This document shows, in pieces, positions 18,185 to 28,686 of a DNA stretch of 48,204 bases (position 1 is the stretch's first letter; every line of letters starts with the position of its first letter). The position numbers and the translations under genes were made by a program. Source of the DNA: Candidatus Bathyarchaeota archaeon RBG_13_38_9. GTDB lineage: Archaea; Thermoproteota; Bathyarchaeia; 40CM-2-53-6; RBG-13-38-9. Under the pieces are notes generated by a model. It did not search any database. It saw only the letters and a program-made list of their open reading frames with translations, and had not been told where the DNA came from. The stretch lies in the NCBI GenBank assembly GCA_001775955.1, contig MEZD01000016.1, forward strand, positions 838-49,041, read 5' to 3'.

Positions 18185-21100
18185 TTGCCTAAAAGAAAGG
18201 ATATTAAAAAGATACTTCTGATAGGCTCTGGCCCCATAATTATTGGACAAGCAGCGGAGTTTGACTATTCAGGAAGCCAAGCTTGCAAGGCTCTAAGAGA
18301 AGAAGGTTACACAGTAGTTTTAGTAAATTCCAACCCAGCAACAATAATGACTGATCCAGAGATAGCTGATAGAACGTATATAGAACCGTTAACTCCTGAG
18401 ATACTTGAAAGGATTATAGATATTGAGAGGCCAGACACCCTTCTTCCCACTATAGGTGGTCAAACAGGACTAAATCTTGCCACCATACTCGCTGAAAACG
18501 GCGTGCTTGACAAGTATAAAGTTGAACTAATCGGCGCAAAACTTGAGGCTATAAAGAAAGCAGAGGATAGGGAACTTTTCAGAAATTCCATGACTAGAAT
18601 CGGTCTAGAGGTTCCAAAAAGTAGAATCATCAAGACAGTCGAAGACGTATCAGATGTAGCGAATGAGCTTGGATATCCACTTGTGATTAGACCATCTTTT
18701 ACTTTAGGTGGGACAGGTGGAGGAATTGCTCACAACATCAAGGAACTTGGAAAGATAGTCAAACAGGGATTAGACATGAGCTTGATAAAACAAGTGTTAA
18801 TCGAAGAGGGCCTCATTGGATGGAAGGAATACGAGCTTGAAGTAATGAGAGATCTAGCTGACAATGTTGTAATTGTGTGTCCAGTCGAGAACATGGATCC
18901 AATGGGTATCCATACAGGCGATAGCATAACCGTGGCTCCAGCTCAAACTCTAACAGATCTTGAGTATCAAAAGCTCAGGGACGCATCAATTAAAATAATG
19001 AGAGAAATCGGTGTCGAGACTGGTGGTAGCAATATACAATTTGCAGTAAATCCACGTAACGGAAGAATAATGGTTATAGAGATGAATCCGAGAGTATCAA
19101 GATCATCAGCTCTCGCCTCAAAGGCAACAGGATTCCCAATAGCCAAGATAGCTGCAAAACTGGCCATAGGATATACACTGGATGAGATTCCAAATGATAT
19201 TACTAAGGAGACTCAAGCCTGTTTTGAACCAACAATTGATTATGTAGTTGTGAAAATCCCTCGTTTCGCCTTTGACAAGTTTCCCACTGGCGACAATACT
19301 TTGACCACTCAAATGAAAAGTGTAGGAGAGGTTATGGCAATAGGAAGAACCTTTGAAGAATCATTGCAGAAAGCTATCCGTTCTCTTGAGATAGGAAGAG
19401 CAGGCTTAGGATCAGATAGTAAAGATTTAGATCCATCAAAAGAGGAGATAATTCAAAAACTTAGAGCAAACGATCATGAAAGAATATTCTACATACGATA
19501 TGCAATAAAAAAAGGAATCATGATCAATAAGATATCCAAATTAACTAACATTGATCCATGGTTCATTCATAAAATAAAGAATATTGTAAATATAGAAGAA
19601 AAAGTCAAGAAGTATAAAATTGATACAATACCCGATCATCTTCTTAAAGAGGCAAAGACTCTAGGTTTTTCAGATACCCAGCTAGCATTTTTACTTAAAT
19701 CAAGAGAGGACGAAATTAGACAAAAAAGAAAATCAAAGATTATATCTCCAGTCTACAAGATGGTTGACACATGTGCAGGAGAATTCGAAGCGAAAACACC
19801 CTACTACTATTCTACTTATGAAGAAAAAAACGAGGGTGCACCTACAGAAAAAAAGAAAATAATCATACTGGGTTCTGGTCCGAATAGGATAGGGCAAGGA
19901 ATTGAGTTTGATTATTGTTGTGTTCATAGCGTATTTTCTTTAAATGATGAAAATTACGAGACAGTAATGGTAAACAGTAATCCTGAGACTGTATCAACTG
20001 ATTATGATACGTCAGATAGACTATACTTTGAGCCGATAACATATGAAGATGTTCTAAATATCGTAGAGAATGAGAGACCCGAAGGAATAGTTGTACAGTT
20101 TGGAGGCCAGACACCTCTAAACATATCCAAAAAGTTGGCTCATGATGTTCCAATACTAGGGACTAAACCTGATGCTATTGATAAAGCAGAAAATAGGGAG
20201 AGATTTGCTAAATTACTGAATGATTTAGGTATTCCACAACCAGAGAATGGAATAGCGTATAATATTGAGGAAGCTATTAGTGTAACTAGAAAACTTGGAT
20301 ACCCAGTTCTGATTAGGCCCTCGTATGTTCTAGGGGGCCGAGCTATGGATATCATATATGACGACGATGCGTTAAAGGAGTATATCGCTGAAGCAATAGA
20401 AGTCTCACCTAAAAATCCAATTCTTATAGACAAATTCATCGAAGATGCATTGGAGGTCGAGGTTGATGCTCTTTGTGATGGTGAAGATGTAGTTATAGCA
20501 GGAATAATGGAACATATCGAAGAGGCGGGGGTTCACTCAGGTGATTCTGCATGTGTGCTTCCCCCAATTAGTCTTGATAGTAGAGTAATTGATAAAGTAA
20601 AGAATTATACAAGAAAGATCGCATTAACATTAGGAGTCGTTGGTCTAATAAATATACAATATGCAGTTAAAGATAATGTAGTTTATGTTTTAGAAGCAAA
20701 TCCAAGAGCCTCAAGGACTGTTCCATTTGTAAGTAAAGCTAGTGGACTTCCACTTGCAAAGGTTGCTGCAAAGCTGATGGTAGGTCGAAAGTTTAGGGAG
20801 CTAAATATTAAGGAAAAACTTGAATTAAAACATGTAGCTGTGAAGGAAGCGGTTTTCCCATTTTCTAAGTTACCTGGCGTTGACCCGATCTTGTCTCCGG
20901 AGATGAAATCAACAGGTGAAGTCATGGGGATTGATTATAATTTTGGATTAGCCTATTATAAAGCAGAACTTGCGGCTGGCATGAGACTTCCAGTTACTGG
21001 TACAGCCTTCTTAAGTGTTAAAGATAGGGACAAAGCTAAGTCAGTAGATGTAGCCAAAGGCCTAACAGAATTGGGTTTTTCAATACTTGCAACTAAGGGT

Positions 21101-21397
21101 ACTGCAGAATATCTGAGAAATTTTGGTATTGAGACAAAGACCTTGCTTAAGACCACGGAGGGTAGGCCAAACATTGTAGATTTCATAATCAATAAGGAGG
21201 TTGATCTAATAATTAACACTCCAAGAGGAAAAGGACCAAGAAAAGACGGTTATGAGATAAGACGAGCTGCAATAGAACATAATGTTCCATATATTACTAC
21301 TATTCCAGCGGCATTTGCTGCCGTGAAAGCTGGAAAAGCATTAAGAAAAGGTACTATGACAATGAAACCTATCCAAGAATATCATTCAGAAAGATAG
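18185..21397 (+). CDS. carB: Carbamoyl-phosphate synthase large subunit
   Basis: 1070 aa with duplicated ATP-grasp halves ([24 protein letters not shown] / [23 protein letters not shown]). MGS-like C-terminus. TTG start 3 nt after the carA stop. Confidence 0.95.
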   Translation: MPKRKDIKKILLIGSGPIIIGQAAEFDYSGSQACKALREEGYTVVLVNSNPATIMTDPEIADRTYIEPLTPEILERIIDIERPDTLLPTIGGQTGLNLATILAENGVLDKYKVELIGAKLEAIKKAEDRELFRNSMTRIGLEVPKSRIIKTVEDVSDVANELGYPLVIRPSFTLGGTGGGIAHNIKELGKIVKQGLDMSLIKQVLIEEGLIGWKEYELEVMRDLADNVVIVCPVENMDPMGIHTGDSITVAPAQTLTDLEYQKLRDASIKIMREIGVETGGSNIQFAVNPRNGRIMVIEMNPRVSRSSALASKATGFPIAKIAAKLAIGYTLDEIPNDITKETQACFEPTIDYVVVKIPRFAFDKFPTGDNTLTTQMKSVGEVMAIGRTFEESLQKAIRSLEIGRAGLGSDSKDLDPSKEEIIQKLRANDHERIFYIRYAIKKGIMINKISKLTNIDPWFIHKIKNIVNIEEKVKKYKIDTIPDHLLKEAKTLGFSDTQLAFLLKSREDEIRQKRKSKIISPVYKMVDTCAGEFEAKTPYYYSTYEEKNEGAPTEKKKIIILGSGPNRIGQGIEFDYCCVHSVFSLNDENYETVMVNSNPETVSTDYDTSDRLYFEPITYEDVLNIVENERPEGIVVQFGGQTPLNISKKLAHDVPILGTKPDAIDKAENRERFAKLLNDLGIPQPENGIAYNIEEAISVTRKLGYPVLIRPSYVLGGRAMDIIYDDDALKEYIAEAIEVSPKNPILIDKFIEDALEVEVDALCDGEDVVIAGIMEHIEEAGVHSGDSACVLPPISLDSRVIDKVKNYTRKIALTLGVVGLINIQYAVKDNVVYVLEANPRASRTVPFVSKASGLPLAKVAAKLMVGRKFRELNIKEKLELKHVAVKEAVFPFSKLPGVDPILSPEMKSTGEVMGIDYNFGLAYYKAELAAGMRLPVTGTAFLSVKDRDKAKSVDVAKGLTELGFSILATKGTAEYLRNFGIETKTLLKTTEGRPNIVDFIINKEVDLIINTPRGKGPRKDGYEIRRAAIEHNVPYITTIPAAFAAVKAGKALRKGTMTMKPIQEYHSER

Positions 21398-21725
21398 AAG
21401 CTTATTCTTTGATCTCAAGAATTTTATTGGTATCATATTTTTTCTAATAAGAAAATATAAAACCAAAATGTGTATAAGAAGAGAAATTTCTAAAACTTTT
21501 AGATAAACTTGAAAAACACAATTCTGGAACATATTTCTAAACTCCCTTAAGTCCATTCCAGAAGAACAAATAAATTCAAGGAATCATCGTACGATTTTTT
21601 ACAGCATCATAAATCCGATAAAGATTTTACAGAACATTTAAGCCACAATAGATATCAGATGATAATCTTCTCATTTTGGAGGATAGCTAACTGTTTATAT
21701 CAGAAATCAAATTTTTTAAAGTAGA

Positions 21726-22766
21726 ATGACAGAGATCTACAAGGTCAATCCTCAAAAGCCAGAGAAGGTAATACTCAGAAAGGCAGCTGACATAATAAAA
21801 AAGAGTCGGCTTGTGGCTTTTCCCACTGAGACTGTTTATGGATTAGGAGCAGATGCTCTTAATTCTAATGCTGTAAAAAAAATTTTTTTTGCTAAGGAAA
21901 GGCCGATGGATAATCCTCTTATTGTACACATTGCTGACAAAGATGATATCTACACTCTTGCAAAAAATATTCCTAAAGAAGCGGACAACCTTATTAACAA
22001 ATTCTTTCCTGGGCCTCTTACTATTGTATTAGAGAAAAAACCGATAGTACCGGATGAAACAACTGCTAGACTTGCTACAGTAGCAATAAGAATGCCTGAA
22101 AATAGGATCGCCATCGATCTAATACAAGCGTCTCAGACACCAATAGCAGCTCCTTCAGCGAATAGAGCTGGAAGACCAAGCCCTACTAGAGCTGAGCATG
22201 TTTTTCAAGACCTGAAGGAGAAAGTCGATTTGATCATAGATGGAGGACCTACCAAATTGGGATTAGAATCAACAGTAGTAGATCTTACTGTCGAAACTCC
22301 ACAGATACTTCGCCCTGGGGCTGTCACCCTAGAGATGCTTAGACCTGAACTAAAAAAAGTTGAACTTCACCCATCCATCTTAGGAAATCACACTGACTTA
22401 GAATCTAGTCCAAAATCACCTGGAATGAAATATAGGCATTACGCACCGAAGACAAAACTAATGGTTATTGTAGGGGACAGAGAAAACATTCATTTCAAGA
22501 TTGAAGAGTTGATACATGACCTGCACATGAAAAAAATGAAAGTAGGTATAGCGTCAGTATCTGAGAGAAAATATCCAGCTGATCACATAGAGAACCTTGG
22601 ATATTCAAAGAATGAAATTGCAAAAAATCTTTTTGATATTCTAAGAAGATTTGATGAATTGAACCTAGATCTAATAATAGCTGAAGGTGTTGATGAAGAA
22701 GGAATCGGTCTTGCGATAATGAATAGACTTCAGAAAGCCTCGGGATACGCAGTAATCAGGGTTTAG
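21726..22766 (+). CDS. sua5: Threonylcarbamoyl-AMP synthase (Sua5/TsaC; YrdC + Sua5 domains)
   Basis: VAFPTETVYGLGADALN, PSANRAGRPSPT, and a C-terminal Sua5 domain. Confidence 0.9.
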   Translation: MTEIYKVNPQKPEKVILRKAADIIKKSRLVAFPTETVYGLGADALNSNAVKKIFFAKERPMDNPLIVHIADKDDIYTLAKNIPKEADNLINKFFPGPLTIVLEKKPIVPDETTARLATVAIRMPENRIAIDLIQASQTPIAAPSANRAGRPSPTRAEHVFQDLKEKVDLIIDGGPTKLGLESTVVDLTVETPQILRPGAVTLEMLRPELKKVELHPSILGNHTDLESSPKSPGMKYRHYAPKTKLMVIVGDRENIHFKIEELIHDLHMKKMKVGIASVSERKYPADHIENLGYSKNEIAKNLFDILRRFDELNLDLIIAEGVDEEGIGLAIMNRLQKASGYAVIRV

Positions 22767-22802
22767 AATTTTACAAGACTTAAATTACTAGTAATAGAAG
22801 TT

Positions 22803-23723
22803 TTATTTTTCTTCTGTTTTTAATTCATCTATAACTTGATCAACACTCATTAGTTGAAGATCATTTAACTTACTTTGACCTGTAAGAACTTCGTACGCTC
22901 CAACACATCGAGTTGAAATCTGTTCGATGAGTAAAGTTGGAAGATTTGGAGGAGTTCCATCACCCATGTATCCTCTCCTTATTAGGAAATCCCTAAGGAA
23001 TTCTTTATCCAAAGAGTAACCTTCTTGTTTTTTACCTATCTCATATTTTTCTTTTGACCATAGACGTGCAGAATCATGTGTTGGTGGTTCATCAATCTGG
23101 ATAAGTTCATCTCCAACTCTTCCAAATTCGAGTTTGAAATCTGGAATGATTAATCCCTTTTGAGAAGCTTCTGAAGTATAGAATTCGTAAAGTCTGAACG
23201 TAGCTTCCTCTAGAGCTATCCATTCATCTCTTGAAACTAGATCTCTCTCTATAGCTTCATTTTTGGATAGTTCAAGGTCATGACCAACATCACTCTTTGT
23301 AGTAGGAGTGAGTATAATTTCAGGAAGTTTTTCAGCTAATCGTAATCCGTTCGGTAGATTTACTCCACTTATTACGTGCTTGCCTTTTGAATAATTTCTC
23401 CAAGCTGAACCATATAAGAAGCTCCTAGCTACAAATTCAATGTCTATTCTATCTGCTTTCATGACTCTAATGCTTCTATCATCCTTTTTTTCAATGAAAT
23501 GATTGGGAAATATGGGTTGGGTCTTTTCAAACCAATGAGCAGATAAATTGTTTAATGCGGATCCTTTTTTGGGTATACCATTAGGAAAAACAACATCAAA
23601 AGCTGAAATTCTATCTGTAGATACAATTAGGAGAGAATCTAATAAATCATACAAGTCACGTACCTTTCCTCTCCTATAGACAGGAAAAGAATAATCCGAT
23701 TTGATCATCACATCACTATTCAT
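22803..23723 (-). CDS. purC: SAICAR synthetase
   Basis: YRRGKVRDLYD..LLIVSTDRISAFD, and LIIPDFKLEFG. Confidence 0.9.
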   Translation of the reverse strand: MNSDVMIKSDYSFPVYRRGKVRDLYDLLDSLLIVSTDRISAFDVVFPNGIPKKGSALNNLSAHWFEKTQPIFPNHFIEKKDDRSIRVMKADRIDIEFVARSFLYGSAWRNYSKGKHVISGVNLPNGLRLAEKLPEIILTPTTKSDVGHDLELSKNEAIERDLVSRDEWIALEEATFRLYEFYTSEASQKGLIIPDFKLEFGRVGDELIQIDEPPTHDSARLWSKEKYEIGKKQEGYSLDKEFLRDFLIRRGYMGDGTPPNLPTLLIEQISTRCVGAYEVLTGQSKLNDLQLMSVDQVIDELKTEEK

Positions 23724-23812
23724 TTATACCATCTGAGTTCCTGAAACTTAGTTCTAGACTTAAATAAAGATGTAAGGTCTACATATCAGCTGGTCAAAGA
23801 GAATAGGATTGA

Positions 23813-24916
23813 TTAACCTTCAAGGGTTTTCTGATGAGTTTCTTCACTAAGATTTGATGCTCTAATACCTACTAGACGTATTTTCCTATCTGATCCAAGA
23901 AATGGACTAAGTAACATCATTGAAGTATTTTTCATAATTTCAGTATTTGAAGTGGGAAATGATAATGTTTTAGAATGAGTGTGAGTTTCGAAATTTTCAT
24001 ATCGAATTTTAACAGTAATAGTTCTAAATGAGAAACCATTCTCTTTAGTTTCTAAAGCAACTTCCTCACATAATTTTTTGACGATGAATCTTATTTTATT
24101 AAGATCCAAAGTATCTTGATCAAATGTATATTCTCTACTGAAGGATTTTGGTATCCATTCTTCAATTATCTCTGATTCATCTATTCCATGTGCCATACGA
24201 TGAAATTCTTCTCCCCAAACTCCAAAAATGTCTTTAAGTTTTTTAATATCATAAGATGCCAAATCGTCTATCGTTTTTATTCCTATAGAATTCAGACGTT
24301 GCTTGGTCTTACTACCTATCCCACCTAATTTTTCTACATTCAAAAGAGCAAGAAATTTTCTTACCTTATCTTCAGAGACAATTGTTAATCCATTCGGTTT
24401 CCTGTGATCGCTGGCTATCTTTGCTACCAATTTATTTGGGCCTATTCCAATAGAACATGTTAGACTCTCTCTATCCACAATTATGGATTTGATTGTTTTT
24501 GCTAATGTTTTGGCTTCTTTCAAAGAAGCTACTTTATGACTAATATCGAGGAATGCTTCGTCTATACTTACCTGCTCTAATCTATCTGCAAATGACTTTA
24601 GAATATTGATTATTCTTTTTGAGATTTCTTCATATAATGACATATTTACTGGCAAATAGATTGCTTCAGGGCATAACTTCCAAGCGTGTGATATTGGCAT
24701 AGCAGAATGAATACCAAATTTTCTAGCCTCATAGTTGCATGTACTTACGACTCCTCGACCTTTTCCTTGTTTTGGATCAGCTCCAACTATTATTGGTCTA
24801 CCTTTTAATTCTGGATGATTTACCTCTTCTACTGAGGCGAAAAATGCATCGAGGTCGATATGTAATATGACTCTATGCGATGTCTGATTACGATCATTTC
24901 CAGTTTTAGTGAGCAT
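23813..24916 (-). CDS. dinB: Y-family DNA polymerase IV (Dpo4/DinB)
   Basis: ILHIDLDAFFASVEE, SIDEAFLDI, GIGPNKLVAKIASD. Confidence 0.92.
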   Translation of the reverse strand: MLTKTGNDRNQTSHRVILHIDLDAFFASVEEVNHPELKGRPIIVGADPKQGKGRGVVSTCNYEARKFGIHSAMPISHAWKLCPEAIYLPVNMSLYEEISKRIINILKSFADRLEQVSIDEAFLDISHKVASLKEAKTLAKTIKSIIVDRESLTCSIGIGPNKLVAKIASDHRKPNGLTIVSEDKVRKFLALLNVEKLGGIGSKTKQRLNSIGIKTIDDLASYDIKKLKDIFGVWGEEFHRMAHGIDESEIIEEWIPKSFSREYTFDQDTLDLNKIRFIVKKLCEEVALETKENGFSFRTITVKIRYENFETHTHSKTLSFPTSNTEIMKNTSMMLLSPFLGSDRKIRLVGIRASNLSEETHQKTLEG

Positions 24917-25054
24917 ATTAGTCCATCAATAAATTGATCTACAACTTTTTTCAGGTTTAGACATTGCCGAAACTCCAGTCTTTACTAGTTGCTGCTGTTT
25001 CAAGATTATTCTATTATTTTACAAAAAACTAGCCTTTTACACGATGAGATTGCC

Positions 25055-26248
25055 TCATTTATCTTTGAGTATCTCTATACCTGGTAGGACTTTACCTCCA
25101 ATATATTCAAGTGAGGCACCACCACCTGTTGAGATATGACTTACCTCAGATTTATTTGCTATAATCTTTCGTAAAGCAGACACTGAATCGCCACCTCCGA
25201 CAATCGTCTCGGCTCCACGTAATCGAGCTAAAATGGTAGCTATTACTATGTCCATGGTTCCATGAGAAAATTCTCTTATCTCAAATAGACCCATAGGGCC
25301 GTTCCAGAATACTGTACCATTAGTAGATGATATAATAGACATGTAGTTTTGTGAGGTTTTTGGGCCTATGTCAAAACCTATCATATCAGATGGAATCTCG
25401 TTACCAACAAGTTGAATAGAATTTCGCTCATCAATATTCGAAGCAACAAAATGGTCTTCTGGAAGTATAATTTTCTCTTCCTTCTCAAGAATTTTAGCTG
25501 CCCAAGAGATGTAATCATCTTCGACAGGAGATTTACCTACGGAATATCCTTTTGAAGCAAGAAAAGTGTAAGCTATCGCGCCTCCAACAAGTACTTTCTC
25601 AGCTTTATCAATAAGTCTTTTCACAGCATCTATTTTATCACGTATTTTTGCGCCTCCAATAACTAAAACGAATGGGTGTTCCGGCTCATCTCTTATCTTC
25701 ATGAGATATTTCAATTCTTTCTGCAGTTGAAGACCTGCTAGTCTATATTGTAATAGGGTTGGGACGCCATAAACTGATGCATGTTTTCTATGTGAAACAC
25801 TAAAGGCATCATTAACAAATATCTCTGCATACGAGGCTAAAGATTGAGCGAATTTTTCATCATTTTTTTCTTCTTCAGAATGAAAGCGTAGATTTTCAAG
25901 AAGCAAGATTTCGCCATTCTGTAATTTTTGAATTTTATTTTCAACCTTGGACCCAATACAATCGTCAATCCAATCAACTTTTTTTTCTGGAAGAAGAGAT
26001 TTTAATCGACTAATTACTGGTTTTAATGACAAATATGATTCAGGTTTTCCTTTAGGTCTTCCTAGATGTGATATGATGATTATTTTTGCTCCTCGTCTTG
26101 AAAGGTATTCTAATGTATGAATTGTACTTCTTATTCGGAAATCGTCGTCGACTTCTCCGTTGCTAATGGGAACATTAAAATCGACTCTGACTAACACTTT
26201 TTTTCCTTTATAGAAATCATCTGGAAAGTCTGTTATTGAGGTTTTCAA
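25055..26248 (-). CDS. pgk: Phosphoglycerate kinase
   Basis: KVLVRVDFNVP, LENLRFH, NGPMGLFE, STGGGASLEY. TTG start. Confidence 0.93.
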   Translation of the reverse strand: MKTSITDFPDDFYKGKKVLVRVDFNVPISNGEVDDDFRIRSTIHTLEYLSRRGAKIIIISHLGRPKGKPESYLSLKPVISRLKSLLPEKKVDWIDDCIGSKVENKIQKLQNGEILLLENLRFHSEEEKNDEKFAQSLASYAEIFVNDAFSVSHRKHASVYGVPTLLQYRLAGLQLQKELKYLMKIRDEPEHPFVLVIGGAKIRDKIDAVKRLIDKAEKVLVGGAIAYTFLASKGYSVGKSPVEDDYISWAAKILEKEEKIILPEDHFVASNIDERNSIQLVGNEIPSDMIGFDIGPKTSQNYMSIISSTNGTVFWNGPMGLFEIREFSHGTMDIVIATILARLRGAETIVGGGDSVSALRKIIANKSEVSHISTGGGASLEYIGGKVLPGIEILKDK

Positions 26249-26398
26249 CTTTGAACATCCTATCTAATTCGCATTTTTCCCTTAGAAGTCAGTGATTTTT
26301 ATTTTAATCAATTCTGGCTCAATCAATAATTATTTTACATTTTATGGAAGATCGATAAATTAGATTGATTCAATTGATCACAAATAATTGATTTTTCT

Positions 26399-26551
26399 TC
26401 AATCAACATATTTGCTTGGATCATTTTCGAAAGTTTCTTTACAATTTGGGGAACAGAAGAAGTATGTTTTCCCTTGATATTGACTGGTTAGTTTGCATGT
26501 TTTTTCATCAACGGTCATGCCACATATTAGATCCTTAGCCAAATCAGTCAC
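26399..26551 (-). CDS. YHS/TRASH-type metal-binding mini-protein, 50 aa
   Basis: Not in the ORF track. GTG 26551 to TGA 26399 gives (M)TDLAKDLICGMTVDEKTCKLTSQYQGKTYFFCSPNCKETFENDPSKYVD. This is the CxM-V-D..Y.GKTYYFCS..C...F...P..Y signature of YHS domains. Confidence 0.65.
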   Translation of the reverse strand: MTDLAKDLICGMTVDEKTCKLTSQYQGKTYFFCSPNCKETFENDPSKYVD

Positions 26552-26577
26552 AACAGATTGTCTATTGTCAATTTACT

Positions 26578-27696
26578 TTATAGATTTAGCTCTGTCTTTG
26601 CTTTGATAACTTGTAATATATCGCTGTGGGTTACTATTCCCAGAAGATCTCCATCGACTACTACCAAGATCTGACCTACATCATGTTTTGACATTTTCAT
26701 TAAAGCATCAATTGCTTCTCTATCTGGTCTTACCATTACAATCTTCTCGCTCGGTCTGGTAATATCTTTCACAGAAGTTATTTTCCAATGATCTTTTGGA
26801 ATCTGTTTTGCATCTTGTATAGATGCTAAACCTAGAATTTTTCCGTCTTTCAATACGGGATATACTTCATGTCTATATTGAAGCAGATATTCATTTACGA
26901 AATGGTCTATACTTATGTCGGGTTCAAGAGTTTTGACATCTTTTGTCATTATGTCTTCTATTGAGATTCCTAAAAGTGCCTTGTTGATCAGAGTATGTCT
27001 TAGGCTTGATTCTGCGCCGTTCTTAAGGAAGAATCCTATGAAGACAAGCCAAATCCCTGTCGGCCATAAACCCACAAAGGTTAGTAGTATACCAATGGCA
27101 ATCATAAGATAAGCTAACCAGACGCCAATTCTAGCTGCAATTTTTGTTGCGCCAACTAAGTCTTTTCTCCATAACCATAACGATGCTCGTAATATTCTAC
27201 CACCGTCCATTGGAAAGCCCGGCAGAAGGTTAAATCCAGCAAGAAATGTGTTTATCCAAAATCCATATTCAAGAGGAGCATTAATTTGGGGTGGCATCTG
27301 AAGGCTTGAAGTAGAATAGTATGCGATGCCAAATATAGCTGCTAGTAGTAAGCTTGAAACAGGACCTGCCGCAGCCATTTTCAATTCAACATTGGGGTCT
27401 TGAGGTTCCTCAGTCATTTCGGAGACTCCTCCGAAGAAGAATAATGTGATTCTAGCTATCGGTAGACCATATTTTCGAGCTACTATTGAATGACATAATT
27501 CGTGAAAGAGAACAGATGCAAAGAGCATAATTGTAGCTATTAATCCTATTATCCAGTATGTTATTGCGGATAGACCTGGATAGTTGAAAGGCATGTATCC
27601 TGTAGATAGTATCAGAAGAATCAAAATGAAGATGAAGATCCAGCTATAGTGAATTGCTATTTGAAAGCCTGCAAGATGTCCAATTCGGTAAGACAA
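26578..27696 (-). CDS. Site-2 protease family (M50) zinc metalloprotease with C-terminal CBS pair
   Basis: HELCHS (HExxH) in a TM helix, NLLPGFPMDGGR motif, two CBS-like repeats at the C-terminus. Confidence 0.88.
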   Translation of the reverse strand: MSYRIGHLAGFQIAIHYSWIFIFILILLILSTGYMPFNYPGLSAITYWIIGLIATIMLFASVLFHELCHSIVARKYGLPIARITLFFFGGVSEMTEEPQDPNVELKMAAAGPVSSLLLAAIFGIAYYSTSSLQMPPQINAPLEYGFWINTFLAGFNLLPGFPMDGGRILRASLWLWRKDLVGATKIAARIGVWLAYLMIAIGILLTFVGLWPTGIWLVFIGFFLKNGAESSLRHTLINKALLGISIEDIMTKDVKTLEPDISIDHFVNEYLLQYRHEVYPVLKDGKILGLASIQDAKQIPKDHWKITSVKDITRPSEKIVMVRPDREAIDALMKMSKHDVGQILVVVDGDLLGIVTHSDILQVIKAKTELNL

Positions 27697-27810
27697 GAAT
27701 ATCCCTTATCCAGACTTTATAGTAAAGGTAAGTAATCTTCTAAATTCATTTCCTTAGGTTACCGATAGTATCTTTATTCTGAATAATATGCATCTAGACT
27801 TGATTTAGAT

Positions 27811-28032
27811 CTAAGGCATAACTACTTCGAAGTCTTCTCCTTTGTATATTACTTGCATCAATACGTAAAGGAAGTCTTCTTTACTAGGAACTGCGAGGCC
27901 CTTTTCAACAATTCCTTCATAGACTTCGTGTGGCTTTAATTCGGCGTGTGAAATAGGTATTATTACTGGCGCATTATCTTCGTCTTCGATGTATATCTCA
28001 GTATTCCGTCTTACTACCCGAAGTTTCGACAT
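27811..28032 (-). CDS. Hypothetical small protein (73 aa)
   Basis: Clean ORF with ATG and coding-like composition. No motif recognised. Confidence 0.5.
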   Translation of the reverse strand: MSKLRVVRRNTEIYIEDEDNAPVIIPISHAELKPHEVYEGIVEKGLAVPSKEDFLYVLMQVIYKGEDFEVVMP

Positions 28033-28150
28033 TGTTCTCCTACTTGAACTCCACTTAATTTAACGAGTATAATAATATAGAGTTCCCTATCAACTTTCTT
28101 AATTTAGATATTATGTGAATCAATAGGATTACAATAAATTAGGTAGTGTA

Positions 28151-28243
28151 TGGTAGCCCGGGGGAGATTCGAACTCCCGTCTACGGGTCCAAAGCCCGCT
28201 ATGCTTGAACGGTTAATCTCTTTGTCCACTACACTACCGGGCT
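28151..28243 (-). tRNA. tRNA-Gln (anticodon UUG) with about 17-nt insert in the D-loop; CCA encoded
   Basis: Minus-strand read: AGCCCGG-TA-GTGT-AGTGGAC[aaagagattaaccgttc]AA-GCAT-A-GCGGG-CTTTGGA-CCCGT-AGAC-GGGAG-TTCGAAT-CTCCC-CCGGGCT-A-CCA. There is no insert in the anticodon loop. Confidence 0.8.
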
Positions 28244-28368
28244 ATATTCCTTACATATCTATAGTTAGATATTTTCATATTTACAAGATGGGGTTTTGTT
28301 TTTGTTAAGTTCTTCCATTAAATAAAATTATAGTTTATTTTTAGCTATTTTTCAGAGGCAATCAAGTT

Positions 28369-28644
28369 TCAATTATTTTCTAGATTGAAAGGTTTTCCTT
28401 GTGTTTTCACTTTTTCAGGAAGTTTTTCGATCCATTTCTTGAGGAATTTCAAATCTTCATCTTTTGATCTAAGATTATCTGGTAGCATGTGTGGTATCTC
28501 ATCAATTATCGGGTAGAATCGGTTGCATTCAGAACACGTTATTATTCCCTCTACAACTTCGCTTTTCTCATCAAACACGTGAAGGTCGAGTGGATGATGT
28601 TTGTCTATTGGGCATGCAAGTATTTCCATCAATTTTCTTTTCAA
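28369..28644 (-). CDS. Trm112-like zinc-ribbon protein (methyltransferase activator, DUF343)
   Basis: MEILACPIDKHHPL...ITCSECNRFYPIIDEIPHMLPD matches the Trm112p pattern. Confidence 0.75.
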   Translation of the reverse strand: MKRKLMEILACPIDKHHPLDLHVFDEKSEVVEGIITCSECNRFYPIIDEIPHMLPDNLRSKDEDLKFLKKWIEKLPEKVKTQGKPFNLENN

Positions 28645-28686
28645 GTTGTATAACCTATCTTAGATAATTTTCTTAATAGTAGGTAG

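Noticed and set aside
11761-27696. Functional link between the membrane-tethered wHTH protein (11761..13245) and the M50 site-2 protease (26578..27696) via regulated intramembrane proteolysis
   Set aside because: The genes are 13 kb apart with unrelated genes between them. Nothing in the sequence supports a specific pairing, so this is pure speculation.
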